Shown: positions 19,343 to 29,292, counted from the first letter of the stretch. The stretch: 64,000 nt of DNA from an uncultured Blastochloridaceae bacterium (GCA_964351865.1 CAYGPJ010000006.1:17833-81832); one strand, 5' to 3'. Numbers and translations: made by a program. The notes: generated by a model not told the origin, from the sequence alone.

Positions 19343-20491
19343 ATGCCAAAAATACCCGAATCATTCCCTGAATTCAGCCTCGAGCGTTTGCTCACCACCG
19401 TATTCCGTCCTGAGGGAGGCGAGAAAGTCTGCATCCTGATCGATCTGGCAGACCCGGCGGAAATGAAAGATTTTAAATTTCTCGAAGACAAGGAACTGAC
19501 TATTCAGAAATATGCTCACGATATTTTTTACAAGCAGTTGAATGGAGAAGTCGGTGCGGCACTCAATCTTAAAGGAGGCGAAATTTTTGCCTATAAGCTG
19601 ACCGGCGGCAGCAACCTCGATTACGAAGATGATGCTTACGATTCCAGCGGTAAGCATTTGAGCCTGACCAAAGATATCTTTACAAACTACGACATCATTC
19701 TGTGTATCAGCACTTTCTCTGCGACTGCTCCATTGACGGCTCACGCGAAGCAATACGGATTCCGTGGTGCGACGCTGCATGGTCTCAATGAGGTCATTAT
19801 GAGTAGTGGCCTGGCGGTGAATTATGAGGAGGTCAGTGCGGAAGCTGAAAAGTTGCGTCTCGGCATGACTAAAGCCGATTGGGTAGAAATTGATTATGTC
19901 ACGCTGGGTGAAAAAATGACACTGCGTCTGATCCTCGACGGTCAGGAGGCTCAGAAGAGTCACGGTCTCTGCCATGGTAAAGAACCTGATGTAGCTAATC
20001 TACCGGCCGGCGAAGTTTACTTCGTACCGAATCAGGCCGAGGGTGCCTTTCCGATGAAATACGAAGATGGCACGATTGGCCGGATGGATGTCAGCAATGG
20101 CCGCGTGGTAAAAGTCTCGCTGATGGAAGGCAGCTTGCAGACCATCAGTGACCATCAGAACAAAATCATCAATGATCCCGTGACCGGAGAAATCGGGGAG
20201 CTTGGTTTCGGAACGCAGTTGCTGCCGTTTTCCGGGCGTGATATTCAGGATGAGAAAGTTCGTGGAACCGTGCATGTCGCGACCGGTCGCAGTGATCATC
20301 TCGGCGGTCACCTCAAGCCGGATATGTTCAAAGAAGCGCAGAATGCGACGCATGATGACATCTTATTTGCCCCGCACAAAACTCCGGAAATTGCCGTGCC
20401 TCAGGTGCGGATGCACCGGGATGGCCAGACTGTGGTGTTGATTGAGAACTACGAGCCGTCTTCCTACATGGAAGACTTGGTCGCCGCATAA
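19343..20491 (+). CDS. Aminopeptidase T / peptidase M29-like metalloprotein
   Basis: NLPAGEVY, GELGFG, DEKVRGTVHVATG and HDD motifs. Confidence 0.75.
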   Translation: MPKIPESFPEFSLERLLTTVFRPEGGEKVCILIDLADPAEMKDFKFLEDKELTIQKYAHDIFYKQLNGEVGAALNLKGGEIFAYKLTGGSNLDYEDDAYDSSGKHLSLTKDIFTNYDIILCISTFSATAPLTAHAKQYGFRGATLHGLNEVIMSSGLAVNYEEVSAEAEKLRLGMTKADWVEIDYVTLGEKMTLRLILDGQEAQKSHGLCHGKEPDVANLPAGEVYFVPNQAEGAFPMKYEDGTIGRMDVSNGRVVKVSLMEGSLQTISDHQNKIINDPVTGEIGELGFGTQLLPFSGRDIQDEKVRGTVHVATGRSDHLGGHLKPDMFKEAQNATHDDILFAPHKTPEIAVPQVRMHRDGQTVVLIENYEPSSYMEDLVAA

Positions 20492-20559
20492 ATACTATGC
20501 CGCTTGGTAGCAACATCAGCTTGTCAATTCATCCCTAGGACATTACTTTCGGAGTTGCT

Positions 20560-21321
20560 ATGGCCTCTGAGTATTACGAATCGGATCGAATTTTAGCGGA
20601 GTATCTGTTGTTTCATTATGGATGGCATGAAGAGATCATGCCATATGGATTCGGACCGACAGAAGCTTTGGATTATCCTTGGAGGTGCGCTGAAGTGCTC
20701 CTTTCCATGCTGCCAGAGGGCAATCAGGGGCGGGCGTTAGATCTGGGCTGTGCGGTAGGAAGGTCCTCATTTGAACTGGCTCGCCGCTGTGGTGAAGTGA
20801 TCGCGCTCGATGCGTCACAGAAGTTTATCGATGCGGCTAATTACTTGAAAGAAGCTGGCGAGTACTTTTATCGCCGACTGGACGAAGGCGAGATTACGAC
20901 ACCGCTGATGGCTAAGGTTCCGGACGGTATTTACCGAGAGCATGTGGATTTTCGTGTCGGCGACGCCTGCCAGCTACCGCATGATCTGGGACAGTTTGAC
21001 AGTGTGCTGCTGGCTAACTTGCTCTGCCGACTGCCGGATCCCAAAGCTTGTTTAAACCGTATGCCCGAATTAGTGAAGTCCGGCGGCCACCTGATGATCA
21101 CCACCCCCCGAAGCTGGTCGGAAGAGTACACTCCGCGTGAGAACTGGCTCGGTGGATTCATGCGCGATGGAAAACCGTTTTCGACTCAAGACGGGTTAAA
21201 AGAAATTCTGTCGCATGATTTTGATTTGGTGCGTGAGGGCGATATGGCTTTTGTGATTCGTGAGCATGCTCGCAAGTTTCAGTGGAGTGTGGCGCGCATG
21301 ACACTCTGGCGTCGCCATTAA
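20560..21321 (+). CDS. SAM-dependent methyltransferase resembling the OvoA C-terminal domain (putative 4-mercaptohistidine N1-methyltransferase family)
   Basis: YYESD..LAEYLLFHYG, ALDLGCAVGRSSFELAR, GDAC, NLLCRL, WLGG and IREHARKFQW motifs. Confidence 0.85.
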   Translation: MASEYYESDRILAEYLLFHYGWHEEIMPYGFGPTEALDYPWRCAEVLLSMLPEGNQGRALDLGCAVGRSSFELARRCGEVIALDASQKFIDAANYLKEAGEYFYRRLDEGEITTPLMAKVPDGIYREHVDFRVGDACQLPHDLGQFDSVLLANLLCRLPDPKACLNRMPELVKSGGHLMITTPRSWSEEYTPRENWLGGFMRDGKPFSTQDGLKEILSHDFDLVREGDMAFVIREHARKFQWSVARMTLWRRH

Positions 21322-21353
21322 CGCAGACTCCTGCATTCGGATTTCATTACGTA

Positions 21354-21761
21354 GTGGGAAAGAAACACAAAAAGCTGAACTTGGATCAGGCGGCTCCTGC
21401 GCATTCATTGAATGACGCCTTTGCCTCACTGGATCTGGAGGGACTGCCGGAAGGTCCCGATATCATTGAACCCGCGGAAGTGACCACTACACCGCAAACG
21501 ACTCAAAGCGGGAAACGGGGCGAAGTCATCCTACGGCGCGAAACGGCACACCGTGGCGGCAAGACGGTGATTATTGTGCAAGGATTGGCGTCGCTTGAGT
21601 CGGAAGATTCAATGAATGATATGGCCGCGCGGCTCAAAAAACGGTGTGGTTGCGGCGGCACGATTAAAGACGGTGAAATTATCATTCAAGGTGAGAAGGC
21701 ACCTGAGGTCGCTGAGTTTTTGCGCGATGAGGGATTTCGAGTGCGGGGAGTGACACAATAA
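21354..21761 (+). CDS. SUI1/YciH-family translation factor
   Basis: RRETAHRGGKTV, LKKRCGCGGTIKDG and IIQGE motifs; start reassigned to GTG 21354. Confidence 0.85.
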   Translation: MGKKHKKLNLDQAAPAHSLNDAFASLDLEGLPEGPDIIEPAEVTTTPQTTQSGKRGEVILRRETAHRGGKTVIIVQGLASLESEDSMNDMAARLKKRCGCGGTIKDGEIIIQGEKAPEVAEFLRDEGFRVRGVTQ

Positions 21762-21828
21762 CGTCAATGTCCAACTCCCCATGCTCAACACTGAATTTTC
21801 TATTTCTGGAAGCCGAGAAGCGTGAACG

Positions 21829-22407
21829 ATGATTAATGAGTGGGAACAGCGATATCTGGACGGAGATACACCTTGGGATAAGGGGGCGGCAGCGCCTCCG
21901 TTGCTGGAATATCTTGCAGGCAATGGGGTTCAGGGATCTGTGGCAGTGCCTGGCTGCGGGGTGGGACACGATGTCCGCGCTTTGGCGCAGCAGGGAGCTT
22001 TGGTCACGGGGTTTGATATTGCTCCTTCAGCGTTGAGCCAGGCCGAGTCTTTCCCGCGAGCTAACGGTGAGCGGTATGAATCAGTCGACTTCTTGGGCCT
22101 GCCTGCGCGCTATGAAGGTCAGTTCGATTGGATATTTGAGCATACTTGTTTTTGTGCCATCGATCCGTCTCGACGACTGGAATATGTGCAAGCCTGTGTC
22201 AAGGCACTCAAGCCGGGCGGACAGATGCTGGCGATTTTCTTCATGACACCCGATGCCGAACAAGGGCCTCCATTTGGAGTGACCGAGCAGGAGTTAGATC
22301 AGCTATTCCAGCCGCACTTCAAGCTGATCCGTGATGTGTTGCCGCAAAAAGCATACCCGGGTAGAGAGGGGCGAGAGCGACTTCGTGTTCTCCAGCGAAT
22401 CAACTAA
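21829..22407 (+). CDS. Thiopurine/thiol S-methyltransferase (TPMT) family
   Basis: WEQRY..GDTPWD, VPGCGVGHD, FEHTCFCAI and GPPF motifs. Confidence 0.88.
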   Translation: MINEWEQRYLDGDTPWDKGAAAPPLLEYLAGNGVQGSVAVPGCGVGHDVRALAQQGALVTGFDIAPSALSQAESFPRANGERYESVDFLGLPARYEGQFDWIFEHTCFCAIDPSRRLEYVQACVKALKPGGQMLAIFFMTPDAEQGPPFGVTEQELDQLFQPHFKLIRDVLPQKAYPGREGRERLRVLQRIN

Positions 22408-22412
22408 TGATA

Positions 22413-22853
22413 TTATTTTGCCTGCACGGCTTTTCTGATCCGCGTTTGTTCTGTCTGCATGATTTTAAATTCAGAACGGGTTTGGTCATCCATGCCAGTC
22501 AGATGCAATAAACCGTGAATGGCATAGGTCAGCACTTCATCATAAATCGAGAGGGATTCTGCCTGACGTTGTTTTCTGGCGATCTCGGGGCAAATCATAA
22601 TAGAGGCCATGGGTTCCGCATTAAAGGTCATGACATCGGTGGCTGCCGGGTCGTTAAAGAATTCCCGATGAACACGGGAGCTTTCAGTCGGGGTGACCAA
22701 CAGGATCTCTATTTCCCGGATGGCTGCGGGGAAGTGGTGAGCTGCGATAACTTCAGCCAGAGCGTGATGGGCATCACGCTTCAGGCTGGACAGGTTGGTC
22801 TTCCACTTTTTTTGCTGGTTGAGCAGAAGTATCTTTGGGCTGCTTGTTTTCAC
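22413..22853 (-). CDS. ybeY: rRNA maturation endoribonuclease YbeY
   Basis: TDVMTF and IHGLLHLTGMDD motifs; phoH-HD-ybeY context. Confidence 0.88.
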   Translation of the reverse strand: MKTSSPKILLLNQQKKWKTNLSSLKRDAHHALAEVIAAHHFPAAIREIEILLVTPTESSRVHREFFNDPAATDVMTFNAEPMASIMICPEIARKQRQAESLSIYDEVLTYAIHGLLHLTGMDDQTRSEFKIMQTEQTRIRKAVQAK

Positions 22854-24411
22854 GCTTTGACTCTCTGGGTTCTCTGGAATCCTTGTTTTTGGATTCCTTT
22901 TTGTCTTTAGGATACTCGATGCGCGCGTGAAGCATGCTTTTGAGTGTTTTAGTAAAGCTGACGCGGATGAGATGCAGGTCGTTGAAAGTCAGATGAGATT
23001 CTTCGAGCTGACCGTCTTTGACGCGGCTGTCGATGATCATTTTAACGTGGTCTTCGATGCGTTGTGCGGTCGGGTTTTGCAGCGTGCGTGAACTACTTTC
23101 AATAGCATCTGCCATCGAGATGATCGCGGACTCGCGGCTCTGCGGAATGGGACCCGGGTAGCGGAAAGATTCTTCTCGCACTTCGGGGATATCTTCCTCA
23201 CGGATCCCCATGATTTTTCCGCCCTCGCGGGCATCTTCTTTCTGCTGCAAAGCGCGTTTGTAAAAATAGTAGACCGTGGAGTTGCCGTGATGCTCGCGAA
23301 TCACGTCGATAATCGGTTGGCGCAGATGATTTTTGATGGCGATGCTGATGCCTTCTTTCACGTGAGAAATGATAATCAATGCACTCATAGAAGGCGTAAG
23401 ATTATCGTGCGGGTTTTTATCCGGATGCGCGTTTTCGATGAAGTATTGGGGCTTAACCAGTTTCCCGATGTCATGAAAGTAACAGCAGGTGCGGCACAAA
23501 GCCGAGTTGGCTCCGATGGCATCGGCGGCTGCTTCAGACAAGTGGGCGACATTCAGACTGTGGTGGTAGGTGCCGGGGGCCTCTGATGCGAGACGCTTCA
23601 GCAAGGGGTGATTTAAATCAGAAAGTTCGAGCCAGGAGATATCGGTAATTCGCTCAAAAAGCCACTCGAGGATCGGCATGATGGCACCGACGAAGAGGGC
23701 CGTGAAGACGCCCAACGCGATGGCCCAGACCGCTTGAAACACCAGATCTCCCAACGGGACTTCCTGCAAAATGCTGAGAAACAGAGCGCAGATTAAACCG
23801 ATACCACCGATTTTTACCCCGGCCATGATCAGGTCAGCCCGGCGTCTGATTCGGGTGCAGAAGTAGGCGGCTCCAAAGCCAGTCAGCAGACTACTCAGAA
23901 AAATGCCTGGAGTGGACGGAAGGAAAATATAACTCAGCAGGGATACCAGAAAGGCGCAGATGAAGCCAGCATGGGAAGATATAAGGATGCTGGTCAGCAT
24001 GGGGGCCAGGGCACAGGGAACCAGTAGGGCCGGAATCGGGAATCCACCGATGGTCATGTCTTCATCGTGGATCTGCAGGCCGTAATTGAGTAAATAATTG
24101 GTCAGCACCAGGCCGAGAAATAGCAGCAGCAGTTGGTTGCTTTTCCAGACTTCACGAACCGTGAGCGGTATGAGGATGATCATGGTGGCCAGCGCCATTA
24201 ATGAAAGTACTAGAATTTCGTAGGTGTCAGCGGCCGATCCCCATGAACCGATGCGGAAAATAACCACCCCTGCCAGCGCCAGCAGCACCCAGCGCATGAT
24301 CGGACTGCAATCGAGGGCATCACGCCACGAGGCATCAGCAGACTGTTTGCGGGTTTTACCGCAGGACAGCCCCTTTTGGGCGAGCATTCGTATTTTGAAC
24401 CATTTGATCAT
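22774..24411 (-). CDS. 7TM-HD (HDIG) phosphohydrolase, PgpH-like
   Basis: Multiple TM helices, APGTYHHS, HDIGK, EHHG, FRYPGP and MADAIE motifs. Confidence 0.9.
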   Translation of the reverse strand: MIKWFKIRMLAQKGLSCGKTRKQSADASWRDALDCSPIMRWVLLALAGVVIFRIGSWGSAADTYEILVLSLMALATMIILIPLTVREVWKSNQLLLLFLGLVLTNYLLNYGLQIHDEDMTIGGFPIPALLVPCALAPMLTSILISSHAGFICAFLVSLLSYIFLPSTPGIFLSSLLTGFGAAYFCTRIRRRADLIMAGVKIGGIGLICALFLSILQEVPLGDLVFQAVWAIALGVFTALFVGAIMPILEWLFERITDISWLELSDLNHPLLKRLASEAPGTYHHSLNVAHLSEAAADAIGANSALCRTCCYFHDIGKLVKPQYFIENAHPDKNPHDNLTPSMSALIIISHVKEGISIAIKNHLRQPIIDVIREHHGNSTVYYFYKRALQQKEDAREGGKIMGIREEDIPEVREESFRYPGPIPQSRESAIISMADAIESSSRTLQNPTAQRIEDHVKMIIDSRVKDGQLEESHLTFNDLHLIRVSFTKTLKSMLHARIEYPKDKKESKNKDSREPRESKRENKQPKDTSAQPAKKVEDQPVQPEA

Positions 24412-24549
24412 GAGAAATCGGGGGGGAAGATGCCGAACGGCACCAGAAATGCCATCTTTAATTGATGACTACAGAATAGTCGCTTCTTTCTGACTGCCAA
24501 TGGTTAATTTTCTTTCAGATTACGGCTGGAAATAAGCGGTGTGCGGCCT

Positions 24550-24729
24550 ATGCTCAAAAGAGCGAAGCAGTACCGTCCCAATGTAGAGCGAGAGAAATTA
24601 AAATACTCCATGATGCAATCCCGTGCCTGGATCAAAAGGCGGCAGGGTAAGCCGGTCGGTAATTCCAGCGTGGCCCAAGGGTTGAAGCAAATTCCGGATA
24701 ATTCTGAACCGTGGCTACCGGGGGGGTAA
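24550..24729 (+). CDS. Small basic hypothetical protein (possible partner of the downstream pseudogene)
   Basis: 59-aa ORF directly upstream of a nucleotidyltransferase-like remnant. Confidence 0.4.
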   Translation: MLKRAKQYRPNVEREKLKYSMMQSRAWIKRRQGKPVGNSSVAQGLKQIPDNSEPWLPGG

Positions 24730-24783
24730 ATCGATCGCGGACGCTTTATGGATTTCAGATCAGATCGAAAAGGATATGCAGCG

Positions 24784-25207
24784 ATGGAAAATAAAATCAC
24801 CACCGACCAGTTGATTCAGGATTTCACGAATCAGTTTCGGGTGATCACATTAGGTGGTGTAGCCATGATAGCTCATGGTTTGAGTCGGAATACGTACGCC
24901 ATGGATATATGGTAGGATCCTTTTGCTACCCCGGATCAATGGGTAAGCAAATTGGCGTCTTATATATATCAGAATCAGATCCAACCGTTCAGGATAGGAA
25001 CATGGCAGCCAATTGACAGAAGTGATTTACCTGAAATGATAGCGAGCGATGGTGTCATCAGACTCAATGGAATGGAGCGTCCATTGGATATTTTTCGGAA
25101 ACCCAATGAACTTGAAACCAATCAGTTTGATCAAGTATGGGATTGAGCTTAATGAAGAAGGAAATCCCTTTGCCCGGGATATCCTCAACCGCCTGGCAGA
25201 AAAGTAG
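24784..25207 (+). pseudogene. Decayed nucleotidyltransferase-fold gene (AbiEii/DUF6036-like)
   Basis: MENK...ITLGGVAMIAHGLSRNTYAMDIW* with an in-frame TAG at 24913; the frame continues to 25146, and a plausible C-terminus (EEGNPFARDILNRLAEK*) follows in the +1 frame. Confidence 0.65.
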
Positions 25208-25217
25208 AATCGTGAGC

Positions 25218-26195
25218 TTAGATGCTCATGCTGGTTTGCTTGACGCCGCGGTGCATTTTGTAGGCTTCGACGATTTTTCCGACCAACTCGTGACGGATGA
25301 TGTCGCGTTCTTCGAACCACATGAAGCCGATACCTTTGGTGTCTTCCAGTGCCTGCAGGGCTTCGACTAGACCGGATTTAGCATTGCGCGGCAGATCCAC
25401 CTGAGTCGGGTCGCCGGTGACGACGCAGCGGGAGCTTTGACCAAGTCTTGTCAGGAACATGAACATCTGCTCAGTGGTGGCATTCTGGCCTTCATCCAGA
25501 ATGACAAAAGCATTCGCCAGGGTGCGACCTCGCATATAAGCCAGCGGCGCAATTTCGATGACGCCTCGATCCATCAGTTTCTGAATTTCTTCCAGATCGA
25601 CCATGTCGTAGAGCGCATCGTAGAGGGGGCGCAGGTAAGGGAAGATTTTTTCCTGCAGATCACCCGGCAAGTAGCCGAGGGCTTCGCCCGCTTCCACGGC
25701 AGGACGGGTCAGGATAATCCGCTGAACTTCATTCTGGCGTAGGGCCTGAACGGCCATGGCCATGGCGAGAAAGGTCTTGCCGCTGCCGGCACATCCAATC
25801 CCGAAGGTGAGATCGTTTTCCAGAATCAGGTCGAGATAGCGTTTCTGCCCAAAGGTTTTAGGGGAAACGGGTCGTTTTTTAGGCGAGGTCTGGATCTGAA
25901 AATCCCACATGCCTTCCAGCGCGGCACTTTCTCCCGCCTTGATGGCACTCAGGGCATAACGGTATTCATGCCGTTTAATTTTGAGCCCCTTCTGAGCGGC
26001 GACATGTAACTGGCGAAATAACTCTTTGGTCTGTTGTATCCCTTTGGCAGAGCCTTCGATGTGCAGCACGGCGTCGCGGCTGGTCAGTTTGACTTTGAGG
26101 GTTAACTCGGTTTCTTCGAGTAGCGAATTGTCACCGGCATACAAGTTGGTGAGCGCTCTTCCGTTTTCAAAACTCAACGTTTCGGTGTCAGGCAT
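25218..26195 (-). CDS. phoH: PhoH-family ATPase (PhoL/YbeZ type)
   Basis: GCAGSGKT, RPAVEAGE, APLAYMRGRTL and DEGQN motifs. Confidence 0.95.
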   Translation of the reverse strand: MPDTETLSFENGRALTNLYAGDNSLLEETELTLKVKLTSRDAVLHIEGSAKGIQQTKELFRQLHVAAQKGLKIKRHEYRYALSAIKAGESAALEGMWDFQIQTSPKKRPVSPKTFGQKRYLDLILENDLTFGIGCAGSGKTFLAMAMAVQALRQNEVQRIILTRPAVEAGEALGYLPGDLQEKIFPYLRPLYDALYDMVDLEEIQKLMDRGVIEIAPLAYMRGRTLANAFVILDEGQNATTEQMFMFLTRLGQSSRCVVTGDPTQVDLPRNAKSGLVEALQALEDTKGIGFMWFEERDIIRHELVGKIVEAYKMHRGVKQTSMSI

Positions 26196-26260
26196 GTAAA
26201 CTGTACCTATGGGAGTTCTCGACTGGTGTCAAACCCACTTATCGGCAGGTGGCATTTATT

Positions 26261-27439
26261 TTATTCCGGAATTTTGACTTCGGTCATAATGGTTTCTTCG
26301 AAGTTTTTGCCGAGTCCGAACGCCTGAGCTGCTTTGATATGATCCGCTTTGGTGCCGATCGGAACGACGGCAGTGTCTTCGCGGCGATATTCCATCTGGA
26401 GTAACGCCCAACTGTCGATAGCGACCGGATCCTGGCCAATCATAATGAAGCCCTTGGAATCGGCGTAGTGAGGATCGAAGGCGGGGCCGCCAGCGTACTG
26501 CATGATCAGGCCGTCCATGACGTGCAGAATGATTTTATCGGCGATGACTTCTTTCTGAAGAATTTCCGCGATGGCGCGCGCGGATGCGGCGCTGCCATCG
26601 AGGAAGCGGCGGTGATTATCCACCGACCCAAGTGCCAGAGCAGAGAGGCAACCTAACAGGCCTGCGCCCGGATGGCTGGTCATCGAGGGAATGTTGATCA
26701 CTTTATCCACTTCCTTGGTCAGAATATTCGAAAAGTAAGAGCGGTTACTGATCTGGTCGCGAGTGTCAGGAGTTTTTTCCGGTTCGGCGCTGCCGTCACT
26801 GGCAATCACCGGCAGGGCGGTTCCTTTGAACTCATAGTCACCCCAGATCAGGCGGCCGACGGTTTCATGAAAGTAGAACACTTCCGGGTCCCATCCACTG
26901 CCATCCACGGTCGCCTTACATTGCCACTGGTTATCCGGTTGCATCGGAACATACCCGGCTGAGATCATATGGTGTGGGTTTTTGTCCCAGACGATAATGT
27001 CGCCAGGTTGAATGCCTGCTGATACCAGTCCGTCGACGATGGCTTGTACTAGCGATTGGTGAGTGCTGGTGATGTTGCCGCCGGTAGTGCTGATGCGCAG
27101 GCCGATGCGTTCCCCTGGTTTGACGAGGGTTTTCCAGGCTTCGGCGGGTGTGGGTTTTCCGCTCCACTTGATCAGGCCGGTATTGAAGGCGGAGGTTACT
27201 TTAGCGGGATTGGCTTTGAAGCGGGAGATGGTGTTGGGAGCGTGAACCAATACAAAACCGGGCTTGATTTCAGGTCGTGCCGCTTTAGCCGGTGGCGCTG
27301 CGGGTTTTTCCTCAGGCCTGAGGTTTTGGGCATTACTGTGCGGCGAAAGAAATGTCGCGATAGCCACCAAGGTGGCTGCCAGCATAGAGGGGAACAGGGA
27401 GAAAGTAAGTTTGCGGTGCATTGTGCTTGGCGGTGTCAT
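26261..27439 (-). CDS. Exported DUF362-like protein
   Basis: Signal peptide; IIVWD, VINIP, MDGLIMQYAGGP and DPVAIDS motifs. Confidence 0.7.
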   Translation of the reverse strand: MTPPSTMHRKLTFSLFPSMLAATLVAIATFLSPHSNAQNLRPEEKPAAPPAKAARPEIKPGFVLVHAPNTISRFKANPAKVTSAFNTGLIKWSGKPTPAEAWKTLVKPGERIGLRISTTGGNITSTHQSLVQAIVDGLVSAGIQPGDIIVWDKNPHHMISAGYVPMQPDNQWQCKATVDGSGWDPEVFYFHETVGRLIWGDYEFKGTALPVIASDGSAEPEKTPDTRDQISNRSYFSNILTKEVDKVINIPSMTSHPGAGLLGCLSALALGSVDNHRRFLDGSAASARAIAEILQKEVIADKIILHVMDGLIMQYAGGPAFDPHYADSKGFIMIGQDPVAIDSWALLQMEYRREDTAVVPIGTKADHIKAAQAFGLGKNFEETIMTEVKIPE

Positions 27440-27471
27440 AAACCTTGCTCACTATAACGACTCTTCCTCAC

Positions 27472-29292
27472 ATGGCAATTTCTCAAGACACCATAGAACG
27501 CGTTCGGGAAACCATCGACATTATCGATGTGATTGACAGCTATGTGCCGTTGAAGCGATCCGGAGCCAATTACAAAGCGCTCAGTCCGTTCAATAAGGAG
27601 AAGACACCTTCTTTTTTCGTAAATCCTGATAAGCAGATGTTCAAATGCTTCAGTAGCGGCCACGGTGGGGATGTTTTCAAGTTTGTGATGCTGTATGAAA
27701 ACATTGATTTTCCGGCAGCGGTGAGGCGGTTGGCGGAGCGGGCCGGGATTGAGATCACGGAAGATCAGGGGGGAGAAGATGCGAAAGTCCGGGAAAAGAA
27801 AAATCAGTTACTGACCTTGCACAACATCGTGATGGCACGCTGGCGGGACTATCTGCTGCACGAACCGGCAGCCGAGGGAGCACGGGAATACATGCGCTCG
27901 CGCGACATACCGCTGACCTGGGTGGAGGAATTTGACCTCGGCTATGCCATGCCGGCTTGGGATGATATTCAGCAATGGGGACAGTCTAAAGGTTATGACG
28001 AATCAGTTCTGCTGGAATCCGGACTGATCCTGCGCAATGAACGCGGCAAGGTTTATGATCGCTTCAGGGATCGACTGGTCTTTTCGATTCAAAATGACAA
28101 TGGACAGATTATCGGTTTCAGTGCGCGGGCATTGGACCCGGAGGTCAAAGGAGCCAAGTATATCAACTCACCTGAAACGCCGATCTTTACCAAGAGTAAA
28201 GTGCTTTTCGGTTTTCATCGGGCCAAGCGGCCGATTCTAGATGAGGATGAAGTGGTGCTGTGCGAAGGGCAGATTGATGTGCTGCGTTGTCATGCCACGG
28301 GAATTCTCAATGTCGTGGCGCCATTAGGAACCGCATTTACGGATCAGCATGCGCGTCTGATGGGGCGGCACACCAAGAATGTGATTCTTTGCCTGGATGC
28401 GGATTCGGCAGGTCAGAAAGCGGCCAGTCGTGCGGCTGACGTGATCTTAAATTTGGAGGATGCGGCCGGAAAGTTGATGGGGGCGGATTTGGGGATTCGG
28501 GTGGTCAGGTTGCCGGCGGGTCATGATCCGGATTCGTTGATTCGGGATCTGGGCGTGGATGCGATGAAGGAATTGATTGCTTCGCCGATGGAGTATATTG
28601 ATTTTCTGGTCGATCAGACCGGTGTGGGCGAAGGGGATAACAGTCCTGCGGCCAAGCGTAAGCAGGCGGCTGCGGTGGCGGAATTTTTAGCGCGAATCCC
28701 GAACGCAGTTTTAAAAGAGCAGTTGATTTTGCGAGCGGCCATGCGAATGGAAGTGTCGAGCGAGGCGCTGGAAAAAGAGATCGCGGGCCAGAAACTGCGT
28801 CGTCGACGTCCGGAAGTGGATGAAGGTGAGGCGGGTGAAGTCATTGAAGTGTTGGAACTTCACATGCTGGTAAAAGAAATTCTGGTGGTCATCCTGGCGG
28901 ATGCCACGCTGATCCCCGAGGTTCAGAAAACACTCAAATGGGAGTGGCTGGAGCAAGTGCCGGGAGCCCATTTTCTTGAGCGGGTGATGGAACTCTACAA
29001 CAATGACTTATGGCATGATCTGGCGGAACTCTATCCTCAGTTGAAAGAATCAGAGCAGCAGGAAGTGAATAAGCTAGGGGTTGGTAACATGCAAGGTGTT
29101 GAAAGGGAAGTGCTTCTAGGAGGAATTTTACAGCTGTGTCATAAAATTCATGAGAATTTTATTCTTGAAGCACTGCATCGGGTCAATCAACAGCTACGGC
29201 AAGAAGGCATTGATTCAGAAAAAATGCGACAACTCCTTGCGTCTCAGGCGGAATTGCTTAAGCTTAAAAAGACTTTGACAGACCAAAAGTAG
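27472..29292 (+). CDS. dnaG: DNA primase
   Basis: EKTPSF, KYINSPET, EGQIDV, LDADSAG and DPD motifs; start reassigned to ATG 27472. Confidence 0.96.
   Translation: MAISQDTIERVRETIDIIDVIDSYVPLKRSGANYKALSPFNKEKTPSFFVNPDKQMFKCFSSGHGGDVFKFVMLYENIDFPAAVRRLAERAGIEITEDQGGEDAKVREKKNQLLTLHNIVMARWRDYLLHEPAAEGAREYMRSRDIPLTWVEEFDLGYAMPAWDDIQQWGQSKGYDESVLLESGLILRNERGKVYDRFRDRLVFSIQNDNGQIIGFSARALDPEVKGAKYINSPETPIFTKSKVLFGFHRAKRPILDEDEVVLCEGQIDVLRCHATGILNVVAPLGTAFTDQHARLMGRHTKNVILCLDADSAGQKAASRAADVILNLEDAAGKLMGADLGIRVVRLPAGHDPDSLIRDLGVDAMKELIASPMEYIDFLVDQTGVGEGDNSPAAKRKQAAAVAEFLARIPNAVLKEQLILRAAMRMEVSSEALEKEIAGQKLRRRRPEVDEGEAGEVIEVLELHMLVKEILVVILADATLIPEVQKTLKWEWLEQVPGAHFLERVMELYNNDLWHDLAELYPQLKESEQQEVNKLGVGNMQGVEREVLLGGILQLCHKIHENFILEALHRVNQQLRQEGIDSEKMRQLLASQAELLKLKKTLTDQK

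Noticed and set aside
19249-19491. N-terminal extension of the M20 peptidase in the ORF track (similarly oppC, gatC, dnaG, pntA part 2, proC, apaG)
   Set aside because: Longest-ORF artefacts; family homology begins at downstream starts and some extensions overlap neighbouring genes.
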